From Bugula neritina (lineage: Eukaryota > Animalia > Bryozoa): a stretch of 64,000 nucleotides of DNA. The stretch is from NCBI GenBank assembly GCA_964035545.1, contig OZ037765.1, positions 18,848,995-18,912,994 of the forward strand, in the 5' to 3' direction. Positions 28,505 through 58,204 of this stretch are shown here, piece by piece (positions within the stretch are counted from its first letter, which is position 1; every line of letters starts with the position of its first letter). The notes beneath the pieces are model-generated. The model ran no database searches. It saw nothing but the letters and a program-made list of their open reading frames with translations, and was not told where the DNA came from. The position numbers and the translations under genes were made by a program.

Positions 28505-30900
28505 ATATTATGAGCTTAAAATAGCCATGCAGATTGTATCCCATTATAGTGGAGTAAGAACTCAACTAAATTGACACAATGGATTAAAATACATGAAATT
28601 AGAATTGTTATCATCTTCAGCTTAGCAATATACTGTCATAAAAATCAATTAAGTTCGGCAATTAGTTCTTAAAGCATTAAATAAAGTTAAATTATAGCAA
28701 ATTTTATATGGTTTTAATTTAGAAAGTTGATACAATTGGGATACATATTGTAGCACTTGTGTATCAATATTACAATGTTATTATAACAGCTAAATTTTTG
28801 TTCAAGTCTGACTATATTCACATGAACAGTAATGCTAATGTAACATATTATAGCCTTTTACTGTTATGTGTCATGTTTTTTATTTAGATTTGACCTTTTG
28901 CAAGGTTTCAACGGACAAGAAATGCAACGTGGTTCCTCATACTATTTACATTTTTATTACCTTTATAAATTGTATCCTGTTGAAGACGCATTAAACAACG
29001 ACTTGCCACTAGACACCATTAAAGGCATTTTAGAAAGCACGGAGTGTGCCATGGCTGCTCCACTTTCTACTAAACTGTGTGTTGAGTTCCTTGTTGACTT
29101 ATACCAACTGGACCAATTCACAGACAACAGGCAAAGAACTATTGCCTTTTCTCATCTTTTAGGTGCAATTTTTATGCTTATCCAAATAGTTTTACTTCTC
29201 AGTTTAAACTAAGCTGTGCTATTGTTATGTTATGCTACATACAAAGTTTCGTTCTTACTTTTTTATATCACGTTACAGTCAAAGTGCATTCACACTTGAA
29301 CATATACATTTATAAACCTACAAACATTTAAAACTTTTTCATAAACTACAAGCTAATTTCTATAATACATTCTTAGAAATATATTTTTGTTAGTGGGTAG
29401 TTTTTGGTAGCACAAGTTTGGAAAACATAGCTTACTGAGTGAATTACTGAACACGAAAAAGGGTGAGATTTAAACTTTTACAGGTTTTTAAGCTGAATCT
29501 GGTTAAGTAAAACATATCAACAAAATGCAGTTTGCATGGCAACTATTCTCTCTATTATGATTTTCAGCTTTATTTCGAACTGTTGCAAAGTCTGAAATCT
29601 GTTTTTCATAAAGCTACCACATGCAATAAATAAAATAATAAATTAAACCTTAAACACAGGTGAACTGAACTTCAATGTGGACAGTGTGAAAAAAGTTGAT
29701 GGATCACAGTGAACACAGTTCTTCTAGCCAATCTACATATGCCTACTACTTTACTGAACTCACGCCTGCTCCTGCTTTACTTTTCTCAGTACCTGATTGG
29801 CTGAGAGTTTCAGCTGACAATTTTGCTGAAGTGGGATTGGTCTTTGGAGCTTATCGAGCTGTTAAAAATGATGAGCTGAAAGAAGGTTTGAACAGCTTTA
29901 CTACCTTTAGAAATTAGAGAGAGAAAATGCAATTTCATGTGTCTTCGGAATCTTCTAAAGTAAATAGATAGATTGCATGTTTTATCTGACATTAATTTTC
30001 TGGCAGGTAACTGTTATGGTAGCTATTCATACTGATACTTTTAAAAGCTGTTTGATTTCAAGTTAATTTTAGGATGCTGCATGGACCTTCTGAATACATC
30101 TTGATTGACCTTACTTTTATGTTACCATGAGACCAGATTTTCAGGAAATATTTTTAGAGTAAACGTAAAGCAGTTAGAAACAGTTAAAAAGTTTTAGAAA
30201 GAACATAGCAAATATTTTTTTAGTTTTAGGTAATCATTTTACAATTATTGTAGCATACCTTGAAGATCCACTTACATATGCAAGTAACGCATACTTAGAG
30301 CATTTCAATGCAACAAGTGAAGATCTACAGCCGCTGTCAAATATCATGATGACTATGTGGACTAATTTTGCCAAATCAGGGTAAAGTTTAATTTAGTTTT
30401 TTTCATGCTATTTCAAGTTTATTGCAGTAATTTATGTCTAATTATAATCTTTTCTGAATGGTTATTTTTTCTTGCTGAAATAATTTATACCAAAGCGGCG
30501 TGTAAATATTTATAGCATGAACTTGCGGAAGAGTTGTTGGCACAACATGTTGACTGCGCTTATAGTCAACTTTAAAATTGAAGGGCTAAATGTTGCAAGC
30601 TTACCACCAAGCTTTACTGCTGACTACATGCATGAAGTTTCCTGCCATATATAAGTACATGCAGTTGTGGTTGCTGATGTAGAGCGTTTTTTTGATAAAG
30701 CAAGTAATAAACTTTTATGTAAGTCCATGATATATTATGGCATAAGTGAAAAGTTTGGATTTACATGGTAGTATCTATTTTATTACTGTCAACATAATAT
30801 GATAAAGAAATTAGCATGTGCATGAATGTGGAATGAGGTCCAAATTTAAACCTAGCTCTCACCAGTACTCGTGAGGACTAATCTAGTGGTGTGCTGTGCT

Positions 30901-30958
30901 ACACGCACACGCACACGCACACGCACACGCACACGCACACGCACACGCACACACACAC
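30901..30958. repeat. (CACGCA)n/(CA)n microsatellite
   Basis: Direct reading. Confidence 0.95.
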
Positions 30959-31273
30959 GTAATTGTGTTATAATATAACCAGCATCTGCCTGTTATAGAG
31001 ATACAATAGTAATTTACTTAGTGTATGTATGTATTACTTAGAAACCCCAACCAGCCAGTTGCACTTCCTGATGATGTACCGGAATGGCCTCAGTTCAACA
31101 CTGAGACTAACAAGTTTCTGGATTTAAACAAAGACAACATCAGTGTGATCACAACTCCTCACAAGGAGAGACTGGAGAAAGTACAGAGTGTTTTGTTTGA
31201 GGCTAGAAGACTGCAAGTTTTAGCTGACAAAGCTCCAGGTGTGAAATTAGAATATAAATCATTTATAGATAGG

Positions 31274-31391
<118 letters not shown>

Positions 31392-31614
31392 CAGCCTCCA
31401 ACATCTAATAAATAGAACAAGGTACATAAAACAAACAGCAACAATTAGTATAAAAATAACTTCTTTTAAAATGAGTAATTAATATATGGTGTTTGTATAA
31501 TGATGGCCTGCAGGTGTTAACTATTTTATTATAACATCACCACAAACTTTTAAAGGATTAAGCTCAGTTATTAGCAAGGTAAATGACAGGAGTAACTATA
31601 TGGCTTTCTTAGAG

Positions 31615-33077
31615 CAGTGGTTTCCAACCTTTTTCATACTATTCCCCCTTTCATAAATGTAGACTATTGATTTCCTCCTTTCGAGAAGCGAAAAAAAATT
31701 ATGACTGACATAATGATGATATACCATAAATTGCAATGTATTTCGTTATATTATATTTACATATAACATAATTATCATAATATTTATAGTTATATTATCG
31801 TTATTATGTTATAAAACACAGAGCAGTTCAGTTATTAATGTTATGGCTGCAGTTGATGCTTTTTTTGCCAGCTTGCTTAAGCCTGGCTCTGTTTTTGACA
31901 ACATGCCCATCTTAAGTCATCTTGCAGGTTAAGGCAGTTTCTCTTCATAGATTATACCTCACGCTAATGGGTGATGTTGAATGGCACCAAAACTCTGCTT
32001 TGTCAGCTACGTGTGGGTTGCTTGTTGAAACACAGAATGATTTTAGGTAAAACTGGCGTATGTAAAAATGTCACAGGTAATAATGGCACAAATGGAGAAG
32101 TAGGTAAAAATGGCACACTGGTGTTAAATTTTCCCAAACTCAAACCCCAAACCCTCCACTCCAAACCCCCAACCCTTGGACCCCAAACCTCTACTTCCTA
32201 CCTCAAGCCCCCACCCCCAAACTCCATTTTTCAAAAAAGCTTCTAGGCATCTTTTGGAACTCTTAATGGAGTTTTAATGGTATTTCTTTGAGCTACCCCT
32301 CAAAAAGAAAGCGCTAGATTTTTAACTTGACATGTGACCCATTGCAACGTTTTGTTGAAAAGATTTCAGAGAAATTACATGAGGAATTTATTGTGTTGGT
32401 TCACAATTCAGCAATGAAGGATGATTTGAAATCTTCTCCAATTGATGTATTGTGGGTGGTGTCCAGTAGAAATGATTAAGGTAATAATGGCACAAATGGA
32501 AAAGTTAAGTAAAAACGTTAATTTTCAATATTAAGATGGAAGATTTGCATGGTTTGGAGGTTTGGGTTTTGGGAAAATTTGAACACCTAAAATCGTAACA
32601 GGTTCTTCTCCCATAAAAGTTTATTGAGTGTGGGGAAAGACGCCATGTTTTTGAAAGAGGCGCCACCACTTTAGCGTAACTTTTAAAACATTGATGCTTC
32701 TATGAAAAGCAATGCAATGATGACTGCACTCCTGCATTTTTAGGTTCAAATTGTTTAGTGTAGCAAATATATTCACTACGTATATAGCATACAGTTTATA
32801 GAGATTGACTTGCATGGCTGCTAAAAGTTGGCCTGTTGAGTTTTGCAAATTTTTTGACCTCCATTCGAAGTAGCACAGAAAGCAGTTAGGGTAGAGTAAT
32901 TAATAAACACATTCATGTTGAAGTATACAGAATATAGTTTGTTTAAATAAATAAAATAAGAGGAAGGTTTATAGATATATACATATACATGTAACTTGCA
33001 AGAGCTCAAAAAGCCTTCATCAAAATTTGTCCAAATTCCCCCCTAAGAGGGAATTCATCCCAGGTTGAGAACCACTG
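31615..33077 (-). mobile_element. Non-autonomous hAT (Charlie/Buster-type) DNA transposon with 8-bp TSD
   Basis: TIRs CAGTGGTTTCCAACCT / AGGTTGAGAACCACTG. Perfect TSD TCTTAGAG at 31607-31614 and 33078-33085. Minus-strand remnant MKRNCLNLQDDLR (~31910-31950) resembles the hAT C-terminal dimerisation region. Confidence 0.9.
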
Positions 33078-34707
33078 TCTTAGAGTGTCTTCTGTTTGTT
33101 GGCTCTTTGTTTATGCCTGCAAGATCAATACGCAGCAGGGGGGGGGGGAGGGTGTTGGCAGCCCGGTTAGTAGCCTCACTGATTGACGTCACAGCCAGGC
33201 GAGCTAACTAAGACTGCAAATAAGCAGTAAATGTCTTGTGTATTGGGTAGTTGAGCCCTGTCGTTCATGTTACTCGCAGGACTATTTTACACGCTGTTGA
33301 TAGTTCTGTCTTCAGCGGTGGTAGGGTAAACCACTAATGTAGAAAGCCTAGAAATTGGAGTCCCTGAATTACTATAGTATTATAAGCTAGGGTGAGCGAT
33401 AGTACATGCCTATGCCGGCTAGCCCCAAAAATGACTTGTCTAATGTTGACGAGATCAAAAATGGAGTGGGTTGGTAATTACACTCTTTGAGGGTGTAGAG
33501 GTGGAGAATCTTTTTTTTATGCGTGAAAAAGAGGTAGGGTCGACAGTGGCTTTGCCGGACCGTCATTTTGCCTTCCAATTAATCATTATTGCAGTGTTTG
33601 AAACTTCTGTTTTTTCTCCACAAAGAAAAAGTGAATGACTTGAGCTAAAAGTTCTACTTATGGCATTTTAGATAATTAATTTCAGAAACTTTTGATGATA
33701 CTTATGTTGAAATGACAAAAGTTATTGTCTGCTTAAAGGATAGGCATAGTGTCAATGATTAGAATTGCTTTCTCAAAACATTTAGGTTGTAAATGTAAAT
33801 TGCTCTAGTTATATATGCTTTTTCACTTGAACTAGTAATTTTATATATCAAGATAATCAGATATCTTGCTATAAACTGTTTTTGCAGCAGAGAGTGTATC
33901 TGTTTCAATAGAAATTGACTTGAAGAAGTTACAACTTTTATTTATATTTTTCCCATCTTAAATATTATATAAAATTCAGCTTCAATTCTATTAAATAGTC
34001 TTATATGTTTTAAAGGCTCTCTGTAATCAAAGCATTCATATATGGTTGAATGATGTCATCCGATACATTATAAATTAAGTTATGCTAGAAACTATATTAC
34101 TGTTTCTCTGTTACAGAACTTTAGTGCCTCATCTTTTTTGAAATTATATAGCAATACATATTCTGCATAAGTTTTATTATAGTTTTAACTGCACACAACC
34201 TAATTTTATAAAACACTTTACTTTGTAGTTGAATGTGCACCCACTTTAGAGGATTCAGGGGGAGATAATGTGAAAGAGGACAACTCCGCAACCAACCTTG
34301 TCTTGTCACACTTCCTGTTTCTGCTGCCAATGCTTTTAGTCAACAAACATCTGCTTTTCTTTTAGTGACTCACCTATAACTGATGTAATAATTCTAGTAG
34401 CTGACTTTTTATAATAATATATTATTATACAAGACACTGAAGTAGCTTCACAACATGAGATTACTAATACCATTACTGCTAATCATACACTTTATCATCC
34501 ATGATAACAATTTTTCAGGCAGTAATTATAATATAGACAAATTTACTGTATTTAGTCTGCTATGCATTTTTAACTACGCTTTATAACAGTATATTGAAAA
34601 TGTTTTAAAACTCACTATCCATAAAATATATTTTGTGTGATACAATTGATAAGTGATATTGCTTCTAAATTTTACGGCAAAAAAAAATTCTCTTATGCAG
34701 CTATATG

Positions 34708-34853
34708 TGGAGTGCCAAATGGTAAAAAATTCACTTGTTATTGCATCTCATATGCTTACAATAGAGCATATGAGATGAGAATAGTGGCTAGATACTTTGT
34801 TATAAGCATATGAGATACAATAATAAATTTTTTTTTGACCATTTGGCACGCCA
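34708..34853. mobile_element. Small MITE-like inverted-repeat element 3' of esterase copy 1
   Basis: TGGAGTGCCAAATGGTAAAAAA..TTATTGCATCTCATATGCTTA vs TAAGCATATGAGATACAATAA..TTTTGACCATTTGGCACGCCA. Not seen in the paralogous flank of copy 2. Confidence 0.65.
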
Positions 34854-36172
34854 TATCCATACAAAGCTATAGCCAACATTACTTCATATGGTAAAACTTT
34901 GTGAATCAAATATTAGAAAAGTTAAACTCTGAGTAAAGAGCTGCTGGTTTATTACATAATTAACCAGCAATTACGCAGTTTTAGCTCAATTATTTAATAA
35001 CACACTGTGATGTTATTTCTTTAAAACGCTTATGTCAAGAATACCAAAAAGAAAGTTATAGCAGGATGTATTAAGCTTGTGTGTGCTTTTTAAGTAGAGT
35101 TCAATTTAAATATTATGCAAATAAATTCAGTTAAAGTTGATATATGCTTTAGCAAATAATATAATTGTTTCCCTATTTCTTATATTTATTTTATTCTATT
35201 TCATCACAAAGTTTAATAAAAAAGTAGAAAAAACATGCAGTGTAACCCAGAAGAGGATAATGATGGCACCCATTTATTTGCCAATAACAAAATGGTCAAC
35301 CACAATAAATAGTTATTTCCAATAGCATTTGTAGGACAACAGACAGCTAGCTAAATATAACAAATAATATTAAAGTTATGTAGTTCTGCTAGCTTTCACC
35401 TCTATAAGTCTTTAGGAACTTTGGCATCCTCAAGTTTTCTGCACAGTACATAATAGCATTATATATATTTTGACAAATCTTGGTTGTGGAGTTGTCTTTC
35501 ACCTAATCAGATGAGGCAATAGATGTCTCTTGAGTATAAACAAATTTCGATGAGTCAATCTCACCCGACAAAAGTGCTGACTTTACGACACCTGAGAGGC
35601 TACTTTCGCACCAGTTCATAATGACTCAAGTTAGTGGCAGTAAATTTGTGCTGTCATATTTTCAAACTGCAATAACTTTTATCTATATACATATGAGTTT
35701 AAATGTTGAAATTAAAAGATTAACTTTATTTTCATGGATGATGCAACTAACTATACAGCTATTGACAGTAGATAGCACATTTAGTCACAACCAACTGTGT
35801 CATATACTTTACTGCATCGTCTAAATAAACACATGCTGATTGCTTATTATCACTCTGATTGACTATGGCCCTCTGTAGTTATAATGTACATGTTGCTAAG
35901 ATACAAGGTAGTCGATTTTATTTATCAATCTACTCCTATATCACATTGGAAATTGCAATGCAAACATTGTTATTTGCAATAATGTTTACCTTTCATTCAA
36001 GATAATTCTTAGCATGAAAGGTCTATGCAGCGTCTGACGTAAAAGAACTAATGGCATGAATAATAAAACTATTGTAAATAATAAACTGCATTGTGTTAAA
36101 AAAGCATCCCTAATTAGTAACTCAATTCTCATATTCATTCTGAGTTGAGCATTCCCCCTGCTAATACTGAGA

Positions 36173-45058
<8,886 letters not shown>

Positions 45059-45902
45059 TGACTCACTTATAACACATGTCATCATTATGGTAGATAGTTC
45101 ATTATATTATATACAAGTCACTGAAATAGCTTCACAACATTAGATCACTAATAATTTAATAACTGCTCACCATGTTTGTATGACTCTTGATCACATTTTT
45201 CATGTACCAATAATTCTGATATTATATGTTGAAATATTCACAGTTTATGTTTACTTGGAGTTACCTTAGCTGATCAATTTAGATTCTGTTTTTGAAAAAT
45301 ATATTCACTCCCTGTTAGACAAATTCTAGTACTTAATCTAAATAATTCACAGATGGTAACTAATCCAATTATAATCACCAATTAAATATACATCAATAGA
45401 ATAAAACAATATATCTGCATTCTTTGTTTTGCTACGCATTCTAAACTACAATTTATAATGGTATAACCAAAAAGCTTTGAAGCCTTATGTTCATAAAATA
45501 AACTTTTTGTGATACAAAAATTAATATTTCGTCCAAACTTTATAGCAACAAAATTATTTTTTGGTGCTCAAACTTTGATTTCAATTGATAAGACCTTGTG
45601 AATCAAATTTTTAAAAAGTTGGACTTTCAGTAAAAGAATTGCTGTTTTTTCATAATAAACCAGCTAGCAACTGTATAAAGTTTTAGGTTTCAGTTATTGA
45701 ATAGTATAATAATATAGTAAAACTTTTTTCATTGAACGCTTATGACATGAATACTAAAGAAAGTAACAGGATGTATTAATTTTGTGTGTGCTTTTTGTGT
45801 GGAATTCAATTTTAATAAACATAAATTCATTTAGATTTGCTACACAATGCAAAAATAAAAAACTGATCGTAATGTAATATAATTATACATTTCTATCTGC
45901 AA

Positions 45903-46066
<164 letters not shown>

Positions 46067-46934
46067 GGGATAATCAAATTTCTAGATTATATTTTCTGTA
46101 TTAATTTAAACCACAGCAGCAGTAGGCTAAATATCCTTATGCTAAATCAATAAACCTTAAAATTACAACTCTCTCTAATCTACAAGTACTTTGTATATTG
46201 CTTTTTATCAAAACAAATTACGTATGATAATAATATAATAATCAACTAAAAAAAATGTGATTTTTCTATATGGTATGATTTAGCACTATATTATAGAAAT
46301 TATAGGTTTATGAATGAAGTTGCTAATTAAAAATAAGAAACACATACCGGTGTGATGTTTGCTACTCATTATAGTTAAAGATGATGATTTAAGTGTTTAA
46401 ACTAACTAACGCAATTAATAGGCCTATTAATGACCAAACTAAAAGCTGTAATGCCAAATAAAGTTGCCATCAAAAATTAACTCAAAAATTCTGAAGTTTG
46501 AATTAGTTTCAACGCGGTCACACTATTTCAACTGTGTTATTTCTCTAATTGCATTAGCCATTGTATTATCTGGGATTATATTATGACAAATATAAATACT
46601 AACCCCAAAACAGTGGTGCAAAACTAGATGAAATGCTAACAATAACAAAATCTATATTACATATTATAGAAATATGCTTGACTATGTTTGCTAAATCAAA
46701 TATAAGATAACTCTCACTTACAATGAATAATATAATCATAATATTATTATATATGAAGTGATTATCAAAATTTACTAGAATAAAATAAACCATGCTCATT
46801 GGTTAGTTCAAGTTCTTATCTTCGTTTGCTGCATTAGCATTACCCAGTGTATTGTCAAGGCTAGCTATCAATATAGGAGGTGACACACTATACAGGTGCT
46901 CTGTATAATAGTGTTGATATCAGAGAGTAGGAGT

Positions 46935-53511
<6,577 letters not shown>

Positions 53512-55673
53512 GTAAAACTGAAGGTTATAGTTCAGCATATTATTATATTATTAAGTTACAACATGGTTGCATTAATATTTTCAATACAAAGGCCATGTGT
53601 ACGCTATAATATATAAAGGTATTGAAATGAAATGAAAATTTATTGTAAGGGTAAAGTATATAATAATAATGATTATCTTTGAACACGAAAGTTTTAATGC
53701 ATTAATTATATATCATGGCCCTAATAATTAAACTTTAATATACTTCTTGTAGTCATTTACTTTACAATATACTGTAATTAGTTTTTCTAAAACACTGAAT
53801 GAAAAGATAACATTTGAGGATTACTGCAACAAAATAACAAGATTAGCATAGAAAAGGCTGATTAGTAAACAAATAATCTAACAATAAGCTTTTTTGCCTA
53901 CAAATAAAAGAGAGTACAACTATATAACTTACTTTTCTTGAGAATTTTAATGACTAATAATTTTATAAACACAGCCAAAATTAAAGACTGATGATTGATA
54001 ATTTCTTGCACTGCAAGATCACCGTTATCCTTGCCTTGGCACACGAAGCCGTAAATGATTTGAATAAATGATTATGTAATCTTGTTTTACATTTAATTAT
54101 AGAGTTTCTGATTACTTTATAGTCAGCTATACCTGAGATGCCAGAGCTAAAGGTGAAGCTGTCAAGCAGCCCAAATAGAGAGACTCAGACATTCAAAGCC
54201 ATATTTTGACTGTGCCTATACATAATAATATTTTCATGCAGTTGCCTTTGCTATAGTAACAGTTTGATTATTTCTATAATATTAGTAAAATAATGTGATT
54301 GTTGTAGTTATCACTTTATTCTAAAGGGTAAATAAATAAATTCCTAATAAGTTCAATATTGTTTTTAGTTGTTTCTAGTTTTAGCATCATGTAGGCTACA
54401 ATGAAATTAATTTGCATGCAAATTTATTTTAGTTCTTAAATTTTGAGGTTTTTAAGAATCCTTCAATTTTTTAAAAAAATCAAGTAAATTGTAATTTTTT
54501 ATTCAGTACCTAACTTATTTTCTATACTAAAACAATCATACATAATTGAATGAAGTTTTCATTACTAAACTTATTCTTGTACATATAGCAACCAATCAGG
54601 CTTTTTATAGGTGACTTGAAAAGAGTTATTTTGCAAATTGGTTCAAAAGTCAATAACTGATATATGGTATTATATAGTGACATGATGAAAAATTGACTGA
54701 TTTTTTTAAGGGGTCAGAAAAATATTAGATTGAGCTGCTTATTAAAATTATGTATCCTATTATCTCATAACTAGTTTGCTAGTGCCTGGGGAGCTTTCAT
54801 TTTGCAAAACTAGGTGTATCAAGGAAGCTAAGTCTTCAGGCGAAGAAATAATAGTGCTGCGCAGGTTGAGAGCTATAACGATATTTATCAACCTAGTAGA
54901 AAGTTGGCTGATATTGATCCCTATGATGTGTTCATGAGAGGCGAAGAAGCAGACTCTGATTGTGAAGACAACATTTTTATACAATGTGAATTTGGTTTCA
55001 AGTTCTCAGCTTGAAAATTTACTATAACAATTTAAAAAATATGGTTTTTATGCTAAGATATCATCTAACATATATAGCTGTTAACTGAGTAGGTATACTG
55101 GCATACAGGCGTATTGTTGTGTTTTTGAGAAGAAATCATTTTTTGGATGTTTAATATTATTTATTGTCAGTTTTTATTTTTGGGGAAACTTACAAGTTGA
55201 ATTAGACTATTAAAGTCATTTTTTCTTGTCATAGCAGCTCTAAGTATTAAACTATATTTATTCCTACCTACATCAATATGTTTTAACTTAATTTGTAAAT
55301 GCAGCTGTTACATGTATCATGTGTTTAAATGAGCAAGTATTTCAAAACTTATAATATGTTATTAACAACACCTTGTTGTAAAAGAAGGCTATTTTGAAAG
55401 TATATAAAGGAATGTATTTATAAAACTCAACAAATTATTTAGTGAAATAACTGTATATTATGTCAAAACATAGTATATACACATTAATTATAATGCCTGT
55501 TTATACTATAGAAAACGATATACTCAAATGGAACTGTAATAATTAGCAATACATTCTCAACATACTCCTCAACGCAACATATGAACTCAACATATATGTC
55601 TTCTTATAAATATTAAACACTATTCCAGTAGATAATTCTAATATTACTGTTCACTCAGTTATCAACAATCATA

Positions 55674-56415
55674 TTACAGTGTTGATGTCATTATACATCC
55701 CATCTTCATTGTGTTGATCTGAGCAGCTAAGGAGTTGTCACATGTCATCCTTTCTTCATGCAGCTCAATCTCTTTACAGTCTGCAACTATAGTTGTAGTA
55801 GTATATCAAGTAGTATATCAAATTGAAATAAATGTATAAAAATGTTATCATATATTATACTGCAAGCATTAATTTGATATGTAATTTAATAGAAAGTAAA
55901 TGCATATACAAAAAACTCTGTCTTTTTAGTCAACCCAACATGATAAATAGTATATGCACATTGCATTGTTGCTTGAATAATATTGTAAACTTAATATTAT
56001 CACAACTATTACATAGACCAAGATAATATAATTGTTTACCTGTGTTAATATAACTGTCATCAACCTGATGAGCTGTGACTTTGATATGATTGAGTCATTC
56101 TATATAGTTTCTGCATGATATTCAACTCATGCTCCATCTCTATTCTTTCATCCTGTTATATATTACCAGAAAGTTTTAATACCTTAAGTGACAAGTGAAA
56201 TCAATATTTATTTATTATTCAAATAATTAGTAGCTGCATGTAAGATTAAGTGCTATCTTAAAGGATTAAGTCAAAAATCCAAATTGAAAAAAAGTAATAT
56301 TTAGGTATGACGTTTTACTCACAGCTGACTTATCCTGTAAAACTCTCTTAATCCACATTCTCTCTCCTTTACCAAACACAGTAAATGAGTACACAGTAGT
56401 TGAAGTGGTAGACAT
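55674..56415 (-). CDS. Possible small orphan gene (~95 aa); putative exons 56415-56323, 56152-56065, 55780-55674
   Basis: Three GC-richer blocks that join in frame with GT-AG sites. The first donor GTGAGT is strong, the second GTTGAT weak. No recognisable homology. Confidence 0.3.
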
Positions 56416-57164
56416 GATGAGTGATAATATTAGTTGAGTAAATCTCTGCTCGCAATAAACTCTCTTGGCTGATACAAATCAAGTTTGTGACTTTGTGTTG
56501 TCAGAGTTATGTTTTTGATTGTTGAGTGTAATGAAGTTAGCAATGCATTAAAATTTGAATATAAAATGCTTTTTGAAAACAATAATGGACATTACGATAT
56601 TTTAACTATAAATATTATTTTGTCCCATTTACACTGCAGGCCATTATTATTCACATACTCGCATAAACCATAAGCTGTTATTAGCAATTGATAAATTTCA
56701 CAGCCTGTAAGTTATATATAAATTATCTACCAATATAAATTATATTTGATTTACCAAATAATCCCTAAAAACGCATTTATTATTTTACATTGCCCTTTTT
56801 CCTGCTTTGATGTGTTTCAACTTTGAAAAAATTTGCTCTTTAATTTTGCTTTAGCACGTTGGATCTGATAAGCATAGACTGTATTTTTCATATAGAGCGT
56901 TACAATGGTAATTGTGGCCAGTTTGTATTTGTGAAAAAACTGAATTTATTGCTAGAGTTGTCTTCACATGATGATGCAGTTTTTACTAAATCAATTTACA
57001 TATAATGCATTTATGTAATCATAGGTTTGTATCTTTGGGCGTAAAGTTTGCATGGTATAGTATGTTTTTATTATAAATATGCATATATTTTTACACATTC
57101 ATTGTTATTGAAACCATAAAGCAAAAAAGTAATAAGACTATATATAAGTAACACTTTCATACAC

Positions 57165-57497
57165 TGTGTATAACAACTAAGTATTGTGCACCTAGCTGTA
57201 GCACATGTACCAAGTATGAGAATTGTCTTTATTTTAAATATAATATATATTACAATGTTTTTCAACACTCCTGCAACTGGTAAACAAAGAGTAACAACAT
57301 GGATATCAACAAAATTAGGAAAACATTGTGAATACACCCAAGAACAAATATTTTTTTATGTAAAGCTAGAATTAAAACAAAATTACAACAAAATGTGTTA
57401 AAAATTAGCTCAAATTTTCTCACTGCCATGTATACAACTAAGTATTGTGGACCTAGCTGTAGCACATGTACCAAGTATATGATAATTGTCTTTATTT
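57165..57497 (+). repeat. ~70-bp direct repeat pair (57165-57235 and ~57428-57497)
   Basis: ACAACTAAGTATTGTG(C/G)ACCTAGCTGTAGCACATGTACCAAGTAT..AATTGTCTTTATTT occurs twice. Confidence 0.8.
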
Positions 57498-58204
57498 GAG
57501 CAGCTCACTGTAAAACTTATCTCCTAGGAGCTACTAGATATGTTGTATCTCAATAATTTTTACTACCAACATAATATATTACACTGTAATGACAGCTCAT
57601 CATCAGTCATGGTGCTTGTTTTTTATCATATATGTCTATAAGGCACACTTGACCAAAAACAGTTTTTCTCTGCGAGAAAGTTTTTAACCATACCAAGACA
57701 TTTGAAAAGTGTCATGCACAATCTATGCAAGTCAAGAAAAGTTTTGATGAGAACTAAAATTAGAACGTTGTCAGCTTTAAAAAGTAAGGGCTGTGAAATA
57801 CACTATATATGTGTAGGATACTATAAATTGGAAATACCAAAAAATTGTTAGACCACGTTGCAATAATTTATAATAGTCAAGTTTAAAAGATGCTCTTTAC
57901 TATTTAAAATAATGGGTATTTCACTATTTAGAAAAACTTGTAAAATTGCTATTATAGAATGAAGTTGTTCACACAGATACTATAACTAAACGCAATTAAA
58001 AACCCTTTTAACATACATAGTATATGAAATGCTGACTAGACACCTCTTAACATTGCATCACTGCAGTAACAACAAATTATGTTCAGTTGTGAATCATCTC
58101 TCACTAAGCTGGCAACTCAAGCCTCATGTGAACAAAGAAATTATGTCGTGATCATCAAATCAGCCTATATCAATAGTGGTAGCATTTGGTTTTCTGCAGT
58201 TTTC

